Shown: positions 10,073 through 19,778, counted from the first letter of the stretch. The stretch: DNA of 64,000 nucleotides from Alphaproteobacteria bacterium (GCA_003331935.1 QOQE01000009.1:3503-67502); one strand, 5' to 3'. Made by a program: numbers and translations. The notes: generated from the letters alone by a model not told the origin.

Positions 10073-11377
10073 ATGAAAGACTTATCTCCGAAAAAACATG
10101 AATTGGAACGAATTGAGATCGCATCAATTGACGAAATTAAAGCGCTACAACTTGATAGATTGAGGTGGTCTATTAATCATGCCTATAACAACGTAGAATT
10201 TTACAAAAATAAATATGATGAAGTTGGAGTTCATCCTGGAGATTTAAAACATTTGGAGGACATAAAGCTATTTCCATTTACAACAAAAGAGGATCTTAGG
10301 AACAATTATCCCTTCAAAATGTTTGCTTGTAAACTAGAGAATATTGCAAGGATACACGCTTCATCCGGTACTACAGGTAAACCCACAGTCGTTGCTTACA
10401 CCAAAAATGATTTGGCAATGTGGGAGCATTTAATCGAACGATGCCTCCGTGCTTCAGGCATGAAGAAAGGAGATTTGCTTCATAATGCATATGGCTATGG
10501 ATTGTTTACTGGTGGTCTGGGCTTACACGGGGGGGCAGAAAAAATGGGATTAACGGTTGTCCCTGTATCCGGTGGGATGACAGCTCGACAAGTTCAGCTA
10601 ATCAATGATTTTAGGCCTAAAGGTATAACGGTTACGCCTTCGTATATTTTGTCTGTTTTAGATGAGTTCAGAGCACAAGGGCTTGACCCTCGGGAGTGCT
10701 CCTTGGAAGTGGGCATTTTCGGAGCAGAGCCTTGGACAAATTCAATGCGCCAGGAAATCGAATCCCAATTTGACATGCATGCTGTGGACATCTACGGCTT
10801 GTCCGAGGTGCTAGGGCCAGGGGTGGCTAATGAGTGTGTAGAGTCAAAAGATGGACTGCATGTTTGGGAAGATTATTTTTACCCGGAGATAATCAATGTA
10901 GAGTCTGGTAATGTGTTGGATGATGGGGAGAAGGGCGAGCTGGTTTTCTCATCTTTGTGTAAAGAGGCTTTTCCGATAATTCGGTACAGAACCAAGGATT
11001 TGACTAAATTGATGAGTGGAACTGCCCGTTCAATGCGTAGGATGGAAAAGATAACAGGTCGTAGCGACGATATGATTATAATTAGGGGTGTGAATATTTT
11101 TCCAACTCAAATTGAGGAACAGCTTCTAAAAATCAGTGATCTATCTCCCCATTTTCAGATTAGATTAATCAAAGAGGGTAGGTTAGATAAAATGATAGTA
11201 AGTGCAGAGCACTATGAATCCGAAGACTTATCAAAAGAAAATACGGAGAGATTGGCTGTTGACCTAAAAAATCGTATCAAAGATAATATTGGTCTAAATA
11301 TCGAAGTAAATGTTTCTAAGAAGGGTTCTGTCCCAAGATCGGAGGGAAAGGCTGTTAGGGTAATTGATGAAAGATAA
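10073..11377 (+). CDS. paaK: Phenylacetate-CoA ligase PaaK
   Basis: 434 aa with the adenylation P-loop SSGTTGKPTVV, and an N-terminal LQLDRLRWSINHAYNNVEFYKNKYDEVGVHP typical of PaaK-type ligases. Confidence 0.9.
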   Translation: MKDLSPKKHELERIEIASIDEIKALQLDRLRWSINHAYNNVEFYKNKYDEVGVHPGDLKHLEDIKLFPFTTKEDLRNNYPFKMFACKLENIARIHASSGTTGKPTVVAYTKNDLAMWEHLIERCLRASGMKKGDLLHNAYGYGLFTGGLGLHGGAEKMGLTVVPVSGGMTARQVQLINDFRPKGITVTPSYILSVLDEFRAQGLDPRECSLEVGIFGAEPWTNSMRQEIESQFDMHAVDIYGLSEVLGPGVANECVESKDGLHVWEDYFYPEIINVESGNVLDDGEKGELVFSSLCKEAFPIIRYRTKDLTKLMSGTARSMRRMEKITGRSDDMIIIRGVNIFPTQIEEQLLKISDLSPHFQIRLIKEGRLDKMIVSAEHYESEDLSKENTERLAVDLKNRIKDNIGLNIEVNVSKKGSVPRSEGKAVRVIDER

Positions 11378-11395
11378 ACATTAAGGGATAACAAA

Positions 11396-12463
11396 ATGGA
11401 GAAACGAACGACTAATGGCAAAAATAAGCTTTTCGATAGTGTGCTGGAAACTATTGGAGATACCCCTTCCATAAGGATTAATACTCTTGCGCCTAAACAT
11501 GTGAGTTTATATGTTAAGGCTGAGTTTTTTAATCCCGCCAGTTCAGTTAAAGATCGATTAGCAATAAGTATAATTGAAACTGCTGAAGAAAAAGGTGTGC
11601 TAAAGCCTGGCCAAACAGTTGTTGAAGCAACCAGTGGCAACACTGGTATCGGATTGGCAATGGTGTGCGCAGCAAAAGGGTATCCTTTAGTTGTCACTAT
11701 GGCGGATAGTTTCTCTATAGAGAGAAGAAAAATTATGAGATATTTAGGAGCCAAGGTTGTTTTAACACCAAGAGCCGAGAAAGGCTTCGGGATGTACAAT
11801 AAGGCAAAGGAGCTCGCTGAAAAGAACGGGTGGTTTTTTGCTCAGCAATTTGAAACTGAAGCCAATGCTGAAATACATCAGAATACTACAGGAAACGAAA
11901 TAATAAATGATTTTTCAGAGATCGGTCTGGATTATTGGGTTAGTGGGTATGGTACTGGAGGAACCGTCTCAGGTGTTGGTCGCGTATTAAGAGAAAAAAG
12001 TCCTCAAACAAAAATCATTTTATCTGAGCCCGAAAATGCATCTTTAATTGGAAGTAAACTAAAACAAGATAGGAATGCTGATAACACACCTGCATCTAGC
12101 CACTCTTCATGGAACCCTCACTTGATACAGGGTTGGACCCCAGACTTTATACCGTTTGTTCTTCAAGAGACTATAGACAACAATTATTTTGATGAATTAA
12201 TACCTGTTTCTGGTGAACAGGGGATTGTATGGGCAAAAAGATTAGCGCGTGCTGAAGGAATTATAACGGGTATATCAGGAGGATCGACTTTTGCCGTTGC
12301 GATGGAGATCGCAAAAACAGCTCCACCTGACTCAAACATTTTGTGTATGTTGGCGGATACAGGCGAAAGATATTTGTCTTCTCCATTGTTTGAAGATATT
12401 CCTGAAGAAATGACTGAAGATGAACAAAAAATATCAGTTTCAACGCCAAATTATCAATTATAG
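11396..12463 (+). CDS. cysK: Cysteine synthase A / O-acetylserine sulfhydrylase, long form (PLP fold type II)
   Basis: 355 aa with the PLP-lysine motif SVKDRLA, the TSGNTGIGLA loop and GISGGSTFAVAME. It carries an insertion (SEPENASLIGSKLKQDRNADNTPASSHSSWNPHLIQGW) relative to short CysK. Confidence 0.8.
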   Translation: MEKRTTNGKNKLFDSVLETIGDTPSIRINTLAPKHVSLYVKAEFFNPASSVKDRLAISIIETAEEKGVLKPGQTVVEATSGNTGIGLAMVCAAKGYPLVVTMADSFSIERRKIMRYLGAKVVLTPRAEKGFGMYNKAKELAEKNGWFFAQQFETEANAEIHQNTTGNEIINDFSEIGLDYWVSGYGTGGTVSGVGRVLREKSPQTKIILSEPENASLIGSKLKQDRNADNTPASSHSSWNPHLIQGWTPDFIPFVLQETIDNNYFDELIPVSGEQGIVWAKRLARAEGIITGISGGSTFAVAMEIAKTAPPDSNILCMLADTGERYLSSPLFEDIPEEMTEDEQKISVSTPNYQL

Positions 12464-12745
12464 CTAGCGTTAGGAAATTTTGCACTTGATTCGTTTTTTC
12501 CACCATGGATTAGAATCAGCTAAAATATATTTTTTGTTTTAACAATTCTAAAAATTAGCTCCATGATCAATAAAAAAGTAAATAAAATCAACTACTTAAT
12601 TAAATTGAGCTAACTACATGATCTTAAGGTGGGTTAGATTTTATTTTTCAAAGCTAGTCAATGGCTTTTTTATCAACAATTTTATCCACAGGCACTATCT
12701 TATTGAAAAAGAAGAAAATTTGCTTTTTTTGTTATAGTAAATTTT

Positions 12746-12979
12746 TTATATGCTGAGGTCATTTTCCGGCTTTAGAATGCATACGTATCTAATGGTTACG
12801 CCGTTATCAAGGCCTATCTGTTTATCACGATTCGGTTTTTGATTTAATGACCTTGCAGCTTCGATACATGCATTTCTGGTTAGATAGGAACGATTTAAGT
12901 CGGAAATCGAGTGGGATATTTCAAATCCCATACCAGTAACTACAGAATAAAGAAATAATCCCCACATTTGTTCAACCAT
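12746..12979 (-). CDS. Small hypothetical protein with N-terminal hydrophobic segment
   Basis: 77-aa ORF with an ATG start and GAAGGGA about 8 nt upstream. N-terminal MVEQMWGLFLYSVVTGMGF looks like a signal anchor. No family recognised. Confidence 0.4.
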   Translation of the reverse strand: MVEQMWGLFLYSVVTGMGFEISHSISDLNRSYLTRNACIEAARSLNQKPNRDKQIGLDNGVTIRYVCILKPENDLSI

Positions 12980-13094
12980 CAGACAAATCCCTTCTCAAGA
13001 AAAAATTACTTTTAGCGTATGTTAACACTATCTCTGATTCCTCAATGATGGTACATCAAACATCACAATTAAATAAGAGAGGCAGTCGTAGCCG

Positions 13095-13556
13095 TTGAAA
13101 ACAATATACATAGCATATGGATCCAATTTAAACCACGAGCAAATGGCCAAAAGATGTCCAAAAGCTAGTTACATTGGGAGTACAATACTAAAGGGCTGGA
13201 GATTAATATTTAAGTCGGTAGCCACAATTGAAAAGGACATAAGGAAGGAAGTTCCAGTGGGGGTTTTTGAAATTAGTGATCAGTGCGAAAAAGCTTTGGA
13301 TGTTTATGAAGATTATCCGCAGCTCTATGACAAACATAAATTAGATATAAATCTAAATGGCAAATTGGTGACTGCAATGACTTATGTTATGGTGGCTAAC
13401 TATGGAATTGCCCCACCATCCAGAAAGTATTTTGATGTTATTAGTGATGGCTATAAAAATTGTAGCTTAGATCTGGATTTTTTGTTCGAGGCAAAGGAAC
13501 ATTCCATTAAAGCTGACAGTGGTGAAGGGTACGAAAGTGCTCGATGGAACAATTAA
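13095..13556 (+). CDS. Gamma-glutamylcyclotransferase (AIG2/GGCT-like) family protein
   Basis: 153 aa with a TTG start. N-terminal IYIAYGSNLNHEQMAKRCP is the YGSNL signature of the GGCT fold. Confidence 0.65.
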   Translation: MKTIYIAYGSNLNHEQMAKRCPKASYIGSTILKGWRLIFKSVATIEKDIRKEVPVGVFEISDQCEKALDVYEDYPQLYDKHKLDINLNGKLVTAMTYVMVANYGIAPPSRKYFDVISDGYKNCSLDLDFLFEAKEHSIKADSGEGYESARWNN

Positions 13557-13586
13557 CTGTCTAGTACAAAAATGATAGTAATTAGT

Positions 13587-13617
13587 AAGAAGGGCAGCAT
13601 GAATTACTGCCCTTCTT
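13587..13617. terminator. Bidirectional intrinsic-terminator-like hairpin between convergent genes
   Basis: AAGAAGGGCAG-catgaatta-CTGCCCTTCTT forms a perfect 11-bp stem, flanked by A/T-rich sequence. It sits between the GGCT-like gene (+) and the NCS2 permease gene (-). Confidence 0.8.
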
Positions 13618-13628
13618 GTTTCGAGAAA

Positions 13629-14951
13629 TTAGTCTTCTTCTGGTAAAATTAAGTTAAGCAATACGGCGACCAGCGCGGTTGGTGCAACAGCAGAAGTTGC
13701 TAACACTTTTACAACGCCTGGAAGATATTGAACTGCGGAAGGAACTAAATTCAATCCTAGTCCAATAGCTAGTGAAACAGCAATTATAACCATATTTCTT
13801 CTGTTAAGCTTAACCTCACTTAACACGTTTAGGCCAGCTGCTGCTACCATACCAAACATAACTATGACACCGCCGCCCAAGACTGGAAGAGGCATTGACG
13901 CTATTATCGCACCTATTTTGGGTATAAGGCCACAAACAACTAACGCTATAGCTCCAATTGTCACCACGTGACGCGACATAACCCCCGTCATACCAACGAT
14001 ACCGACGTTTTGACTAAATGAGGTATTTGGTAGCCCGCCAAAAACTCCTGCTACGGCGCTACCGAGTCCATCTGCATATGTTGCACCTGAGATTTCCTCA
14101 TCGGTGGCTTCTCTTCCTGCTCCGGCTTTGGTAGTGGCTGAGGTGTCACCGACGGTCTCGATTGCGGAAACGATACAAACGAGCGTGACAGCAATTACAG
14201 CTCCGAGACTGAATTCAAAACCATAGGGCAAAGGTGTGAGGCCAGAAAACCAACTCGCTTTCGCTACTGGGGCGAAATTTACCATTCCTTGCGCAAACGC
14301 CAGTATGTACCCTGCTATTATACCAATTAAAACAGCAGCATTTGAAATCAGGCCTTTTCCAAAAAACTTACATAGCAAAGCAACAATTACCACAGCGCCC
14401 GCTACACTCCAATGCATTAGAGAGCCAAAACTTTCTGCCTTCATTTGGAACTCTGCTGCTCCTCCAGCTGAATATTTAATAGCTACCGGTATTAAGTATA
14501 GACCAATTGCCAAAATCACTAATCCAGTTACAAGTGGAGGGAAAAGCCACCTGATATCTTTTATTACAGCGCCAAGTAAAAAGTGAATTACACCACCTAT
14601 TATACAGGATGTTAATGCAACGGATAGTCCTTGCGTTGCCGCTATACCCGCTAGTACGCCCACGAAAGCAAAACTAGTTCCCTGCATTATAGGTAGTCGT
14701 GCACCTACTGGCCCAAACCCGACAGTTTGAAAAAGTGTTGCTATGCCGGCAAAAAGCATAGCCATTTGAATAAGATAGATCTGCTCAGCTCCTCCAAATG
14801 CCAATCCTGCAGCACCAGCCACTATAACCGATGGAGTAACATTAGAAGCAAACATAGCAAGCACATGTTGAAGTCCCAAGGCGCTAGCTTCTCCCAATGG
14901 GGGTGTCATGTTTGGATCTGCGTATTGACTATTTATATTTGAATTACTCAT
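13629..14951 (-). CDS. NCS2-family nucleobase:cation symporter (xanthine/uracil/urate permease type)
   Basis: Track ORF 13629-14993. It is polytopic with 12 or more hydrophobic segments and has QGTSFAFVG and TSFSQNVGIVGMTGV motifs typical of NCS2. Start moved to ATG 14951 (MSNSNIN) because AAGGAG lies 7 nt upstream. The upstream candidate is a TTG without an SD. Confidence 0.85.
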   Translation of the reverse strand: MSNSNINSQYADPNMTPPLGEASALGLQHVLAMFASNVTPSVIVAGAAGLAFGGAEQIYLIQMAMLFAGIATLFQTVGFGPVGARLPIMQGTSFAFVGVLAGIAATQGLSVALTSCIIGGVIHFLLGAVIKDIRWLFPPLVTGLVILAIGLYLIPVAIKYSAGGAAEFQMKAESFGSLMHWSVAGAVVIVALLCKFFGKGLISNAAVLIGIIAGYILAFAQGMVNFAPVAKASWFSGLTPLPYGFEFSLGAVIAVTLVCIVSAIETVGDTSATTKAGAGREATDEEISGATYADGLGSAVAGVFGGLPNTSFSQNVGIVGMTGVMSRHVVTIGAIALVVCGLIPKIGAIIASMPLPVLGGGVIVMFGMVAAAGLNVLSEVKLNRRNMVIIAVSLAIGLGLNLVPSAVQYLPGVVKVLATSAVAPTALVAVLLNLILPEED

Positions 14952-15096
14952 CAATTTCTCCTTATATTGTTGTTGATAGAGTACTAGCCACAAGATATTC
15001 TAATTAAATATCCGTGGCAATAATTTTAAAGCCATGTTTATTTTTGAGTGGTTAAACTGTGACAAACTTTCTACACTATTAACTTGATTTAATTAC

Positions 15097-16635
15097 ATGA
15101 TGAACGATTTGAGCAGCCAATCTGAAAATATATTACTTCAATGCTCCGCGATAAATAAGGAATTTTCTGGTGTCAAGGCTAACTCTAATGTTTCGATTAC
15201 AGTCGGAAAATCACAAATTCACGCTTTGCTGGGCGAGAATGGAGCAGGGAAATCCACGCTAGTAAAGATTATTTATGGGCTGCTTCAGCCAGATAGCGGT
15301 ACGATGAGGTTTTCTGATGCAGAGTATGCTCCCAAAAGTCCTAAAGATGCCAGGGAGCTCGGAGTTGGTATGGTATTTCAGCATTTTTCGTTATTTGAAC
15401 CGCTATCAGCATTCGACAACATACTTCTAGGACTGGATAAAAATATAGATGTTAAGTCACTCCGTGAGGAGGTTAAGACATTGTCTGAAAGTTATGGGCT
15501 AGAGGTAAACCTATCCTCTTATATTGGAGATTTATCGGCTGGAGAAAGACAACGAGTCGAAATTATTCGAGCTTTGCTACAAAAACCAAAACTCTTGATT
15601 ATGGATGAACCGACATCAGTGCTGACACCTTTTGAATGCGAAAAACTATTTAAGACACTGAAAAAACTAGCTAGTGAGGGTACTTCAATTCTCTATATAT
15701 CTCATAAATTAAAAGAAATTTCCTTTTTGTGTGATACGGCCAGTGTTCTTAGAAAAGGCGAGCTTATAGGAGAGTATGATCCAAAAAAGATGACAGCAAA
15801 GGCGCTGGGAGAGTTGATGGTTGGTCAAACCCTATCTCAACCAAAGCGACCCAGTGCAACGAAGAAAAAGAATAGAGTTCTTTCTGTATCGATGGCCGAG
15901 GTCAAACCAGATACTCAATTTGGAGTTACGTTAAAAAATATAAATTTTGATGTTCATCAATCTGAAATTCTTGGATTGGGTGGTGTTGCAGGTAATGGAC
16001 AAGAAGAACTCATGCAATTAATTACAGGTGAGAGAATTGATCGTAGTATTGATATAAAATACTTGGATTCAAACATTCAATTGTTAAATCCTCATAAAAG
16101 GCGAGAACTGGGTATGGCTTTTGCTCCAGAGGAACGGCTTGGACACTCAGCAGTTGGTTCATTAAGTTTATCTGAAAACAGTTTGATAACTGATCCAAAA
16201 AAACGTTTTCAAACAAACTTAGGCTTTATAGATTTTGATGAATTAAGAAACTACACAGAGAGTGTGATTGAGAAGTTTAATGTAAAAACAACAGGTGCGC
16301 AGGCTGTCGCTTCTTCTTTGTCTGGGGGTAACCTTCAGAAGTTTGTAGTAGGAAGAGAGGTTGGGCAAAGACCATCCTTATTAGTAGTCAACCAGCCTAC
16401 TTGGGGTGTTGATGCGCTCTCAGCTGCGAACATAAGGGAGGCCATTGTTGAAATAGCAAATAGTGGTGCGGCAGTGATTTTGATTAGTCAAGATCTTGAT
16501 GAGCTTCTGGAGATATCAAATAAGGTAGCGTTTTTGACAAATGGACTACTCTCAATTCCTACTGAAACGAAAAACATAAAATCAAGTGAGATTGGCGCTT
16601 TGATGGGTGGTCTTAGAGCAGGGGAAACTATTTAG
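15097..16635 (+). CDS. ABC transporter ATP-binding protein, tandem NBD (BMP/nucleoside-type importer)
   Basis: 512 aa with Walker A GENGAGKST, signature LSAGERQRVEI, Walker B LLIMDEPT, and a second NBD with LSGGNLQKFVVGRE and LLVVNQPTWGVD. Confidence 0.9.
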   Translation: MMNDLSSQSENILLQCSAINKEFSGVKANSNVSITVGKSQIHALLGENGAGKSTLVKIIYGLLQPDSGTMRFSDAEYAPKSPKDARELGVGMVFQHFSLFEPLSAFDNILLGLDKNIDVKSLREEVKTLSESYGLEVNLSSYIGDLSAGERQRVEIIRALLQKPKLLIMDEPTSVLTPFECEKLFKTLKKLASEGTSILYISHKLKEISFLCDTASVLRKGELIGEYDPKKMTAKALGELMVGQTLSQPKRPSATKKKNRVLSVSMAEVKPDTQFGVTLKNINFDVHQSEILGLGGVAGNGQEELMQLITGERIDRSIDIKYLDSNIQLLNPHKRRELGMAFAPEERLGHSAVGSLSLSENSLITDPKKRFQTNLGFIDFDELRNYTESVIEKFNVKTTGAQAVASSLSGGNLQKFVVGREVGQRPSLLVVNQPTWGVDALSAANIREAIVEIANSGAAVILISQDLDELLEISNKVAFLTNGLLSIPTETKNIKSSEIGALMGGLRAGETI

Positions 16636-17711
16636 TGATACAGTTAATACCAAGAGAAAACGTATCCCCAGTTCTTTCTTTGTTAGGGCCTCTTTTTTCG
16701 ATTGGATTTACAATGTTGATAGGTGGGATACTATTCTATTTTCTTGGAGTAGACCCGTTCGCAGCCATAAAAATGATTTTCTGGGATCCGCTCATGAGTG
16801 AGACCTTCTCAACATATTCTATCCCACAAATTTTCATAAAAGGCGCTCCTTTGATTTTGATTGCACTTGGTCTATCAGTTGGCTTCAAGGCTAATATTTG
16901 GAATATAGGGGCTGAGGGGCAGTACATTATGGGAGCGATATTTGGGGCTTCATTTGCGCTTTCTTTATATCCTTTGGAGAGTGCATTTATTTTCCCTTTG
17001 ATGGTTTTTATAGGAATAGCTGGAGGTTGTTTGTGGTCATTGATCCCAGCAATACTGAAAATAAGATTTAATGTTAACGAAATACTCGTGTCTCTTATGT
17101 TAGTCTACGTTGCCGAACAAATTCTTGCTCTCGCATCTTTAGGATTTTTAAGAAACCCAGATGGCGCGGGGTTTCCAGGTTCACGCAATTTAAGTCAATA
17201 CCCTTCAGCCTCAAATTCAGAGCTCATCTTAGGAACAGGAATACATCTAGGTGTTGTTCTTTCTTTATTTATGATTGTCTTTTTCTATATTCTTTTTTTC
17301 AGACATAGCCTGGGGTTCAAGATAAAGTTGCTAGGAAGCTCCCCAAAAGCTTATAGTTTTTCAGGTCAAAACCCTAATAAACTGATTTTCATCTGTTTAA
17401 CTCTATCTGGAGGTCTTGCCGGGTTAGCCGGAATAATGGAGGTTGCTGGACCTGCAGGACAGATCAATATTGATTTTAATGTAGGGTATGGTTTTACGGC
17501 AATTATAGTGGCATTTCTTGGCAGACTAAATCCTATTGGAATTCTTTTCGCTGGTCTCGTCATGGCATTAACATATGTCGGTGGAGAGCTTACTCAATTT
17601 ATGCTAAATTTGCCAGCTGCCGCTATACAACTTTTTCAAGGAATGCTTCTATTTTTCTTACTTTCATTTGATCTTTTTGTTTATTACAAAATTAGACTAA
17701 GGGGAAATTAG
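16635..17711 (+). CDS. ABC transporter permease (BPD_transp_2 type)
   Basis: 358-aa polytopic protein. The GTG start overlaps the ATPase stop by 1 nt. NIWNIGAEGQYIMGA is a motif typical of nucleoside/BMP-type permeases. Confidence 0.85.
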   Translation: MIQLIPRENVSPVLSLLGPLFSIGFTMLIGGILFYFLGVDPFAAIKMIFWDPLMSETFSTYSIPQIFIKGAPLILIALGLSVGFKANIWNIGAEGQYIMGAIFGASFALSLYPLESAFIFPLMVFIGIAGGCLWSLIPAILKIRFNVNEILVSLMLVYVAEQILALASLGFLRNPDGAGFPGSRNLSQYPSASNSELILGTGIHLGVVLSLFMIVFFYILFFRHSLGFKIKLLGSSPKAYSFSGQNPNKLIFICLTLSGGLAGLAGIMEVAGPAGQINIDFNVGYGFTAIIVAFLGRLNPIGILFAGLVMALTYVGGELTQFMLNLPAAAIQLFQGMLLFFLLSFDLFVYYKIRLRGN

Positions 17712-17714
17712 AAA

Positions 17715-18647
17715 ATGGATCTTTTAGAAATCAACTTCGCGGTATTAGTAGCCAGCTTAATCGTGGCGTCTACTCCCCTTGTTTTAGCAGCACTTGGTGA
17801 GTTGGTGGTTGAAAAATCTGGTGTCTTAAATCTCGGTGTAGAGGGAATGATGATTATAGGTGCGGTATCAGGATTTATAGTCGGAGTAGAAACAGGGTCC
17901 GCCTACATTGGTATGATAGCAGCAGCAATTGCGGGAGCACTACTTTCACTTCTTTTTGCTTTTATTGTTCTGATCATGCAAGCTAATCAAGTGGCGTCTG
18001 GCCTCGCGTTAACAATCTTTGGTCTGGGATTAGCGGCCTTGATGGGGCACCCTTACACAGGTATAAAATCACCTCAAATACAAACCATTTCAATACCTTT
18101 TCTGAGTGATCTCCCGATCATCGGACAAATGTTTTTTCAACACGACTTAATAGTCTACCTATCACTAATAGCTGTTTTTGGTGTTTGGTATTTTCTAAGC
18201 CGGATGCGGTTGGGGCTTGTTCTAAGAGCAGTAGGAGAGGATCATGATGTGGCTCACTCTTTGGGGTATAGGGTTATAAGTATCAGGTTCCTAGCTATAA
18301 CATTTGGCGGCGCAATGGCAGGTGTTGGCGGAGGCTACCTCTCACTCGTTAGAGTTCCACAGTGGACGGAAGGAATGACAGCAGGAGCAGGATGGATAGC
18401 ACTAGCACTAGTTGTGTTCTCTGGATGGAGGCCTGGAAGGCTGCTGATTGGAGCGTATATCTTCGGTGGCATAACTATTCTTCAACTTAATCTACAAGCA
18501 ATAGGTGTTAATATCAATATTGCTATCTTGTCTATGGCTCCTTATCTTGCAACTATTCTAGCTTTAGTGCTAATATCATCGAGTGGACTCCACGGGACGA
18601 GGGGAGCACCGGGGTGTCTTGGTAAATCGTTTGTAAAAACAGTTTAA
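17715..18647 (+). CDS. ABC transporter permease (BPD_transp_2 type)
   Basis: 310-aa polytopic protein. LGELVVEKSGVLNLGVEGMMIIGA is the paralogous permease motif. 3-nt gap from the preceding permease. Confidence 0.85.
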   Translation: MDLLEINFAVLVASLIVASTPLVLAALGELVVEKSGVLNLGVEGMMIIGAVSGFIVGVETGSAYIGMIAAAIAGALLSLLFAFIVLIMQANQVASGLALTIFGLGLAALMGHPYTGIKSPQIQTISIPFLSDLPIIGQMFFQHDLIVYLSLIAVFGVWYFLSRMRLGLVLRAVGEDHDVAHSLGYRVISIRFLAITFGGAMAGVGGGYLSLVRVPQWTEGMTAGAGWIALALVVFSGWRPGRLLIGAYIFGGITILQLNLQAIGVNINIAILSMAPYLATILALVLISSSGLHGTRGAPGCLGKSFVKTV

Positions 18648-18674
18648 AATTTAATTTTTTTGAATGGAGAAAAA

Positions 18675-19778
18675 ATGAATAGAAATGTATTGATCGCAAT
18701 CGCTGGTCTAATCGCTGTGGTACTCGCTTTGAGTATATGGAGTTCTCGACAGGATACAGAGGTTGCTAGCTCTGATAAGTATAAAGTTGGCTTTATATAT
18801 ATCGGACCACCTGGTGACCATGGATGGAATTACCAACATGACGTTGGGAGAAAAGCTGTAGAGGAAGCGTATGGGGATAAAGTAGAAACTGTTTTTCAAG
18901 AAAATGTCCCTGAAAGTGCAGACGCTGAACGCGTGATGAGTCAGATGGCTCTAGCAGGAACAGATATGATTTTTGCGACATCTTTTGGGTATATGGATCC
19001 CGTTATTAACGTAGCCAAAAAGTTTCCCGGTGTAAAATTTGAACATGCAACAGGGTACAAAACTGCAGATAATGTATCTACTTATAGCGCAAGGTTTTAT
19101 GAGGGTAGATCTGTAGTAGGCCACGTTGCGGGAAAGATGACTAGGACAAATATTGTTGGATACGTTGCATCGTTTCCAATTCCAGAAGTGGTGAGAGGAA
19201 TAAATTCTGCATACTTGGCGGCAAAGAAAGCCAATCCGTATGTTAAATTTAAGATCATTTGGATTTTTACTTGGTACGACCCAGCAAAGGAAGCGGATGC
19301 GGCAAAAACACTTATATCTCAGGGCGCAGATGTGGTGCTACAGCACGTAGATAGTTCAGCAATCATGTCAGTTGCCGAAGAAAAGGGTGTCTACGCTTTT
19401 GGGCAAGCCTCCGACATGAGTGCTTTTGGGCCTAATGCTCATTTAACAGCAATTATTAATGGTTGGGCTCCTTACTATGTGGAAAAAGTAAAGCAGGGAA
19501 TGGAAGGTACTTGGAAAGGTAACCAGCAAGTCTTTGATGGGATCGGCGCAGGTATGGTCATTATTGGTGACTTAAATGATAATATTCCTGATAGTGTAAA
19601 GAAGGAAGCAATGGCGATTAAAGACGGAATTGCTTCTGGTACACTCCACCCATTTACTGGACCGATAAACAAACAAGATGGGTCTCCATGGCTTAAAAAT
19701 GGGGAAACAGCGGATGTTGGAACACTTCTTGGAATGAATTTCTACGTTGAAGGCATAGAGGGAGATATTCCCAAATAA
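18675..19778 (+). CDS. BMP-family (PnrA/Med-like) ABC substrate-binding protein
   Basis: Track ORF 18660-19778. Signal anchor MNRNVLIAIAGLIAVVLALSIW, then KVGFIYIGPPGDHGWNYQHDVGRK typical of the BMP family. ATG 18675 has GGAG 5 nt upstream. Confidence 0.85.
   Translation: MNRNVLIAIAGLIAVVLALSIWSSRQDTEVASSDKYKVGFIYIGPPGDHGWNYQHDVGRKAVEEAYGDKVETVFQENVPESADAERVMSQMALAGTDMIFATSFGYMDPVINVAKKFPGVKFEHATGYKTADNVSTYSARFYEGRSVVGHVAGKMTRTNIVGYVASFPIPEVVRGINSAYLAAKKANPYVKFKIIWIFTWYDPAKEADAAKTLISQGADVVLQHVDSSAIMSVAEEKGVYAFGQASDMSAFGPNAHLTAIINGWAPYYVEKVKQGMEGTWKGNQQVFDGIGAGMVIIGDLNDNIPDSVKKEAMAIKDGIASGTLHPFTGPINKQDGSPWLKNGETADVGTLLGMNFYVEGIEGDIPK

Noticed and set aside
11212-11799. 195-aa minus-strand ORF spanning the paaK end and the cysK start.
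   Set aside because: It is antisense to two strongly supported genes and has no motifs. It is a shadow ORF.
14952-15096. Possible purine (guanine/xanthine) riboswitch upstream of the NCS2 permease or the ABC importer. I also checked 21616-21693 and 29432-29590.
   Set aside because: On either strand I could not find the conserved purine-riboswitch junction and loop elements: the P2/P3 loop pair and the UUUCUACC-type J2/3 in a three-way-junction context. A CTTTCTACAC string at about 15070 is not embedded in the required helices. A covariance-model scan would be decisive.
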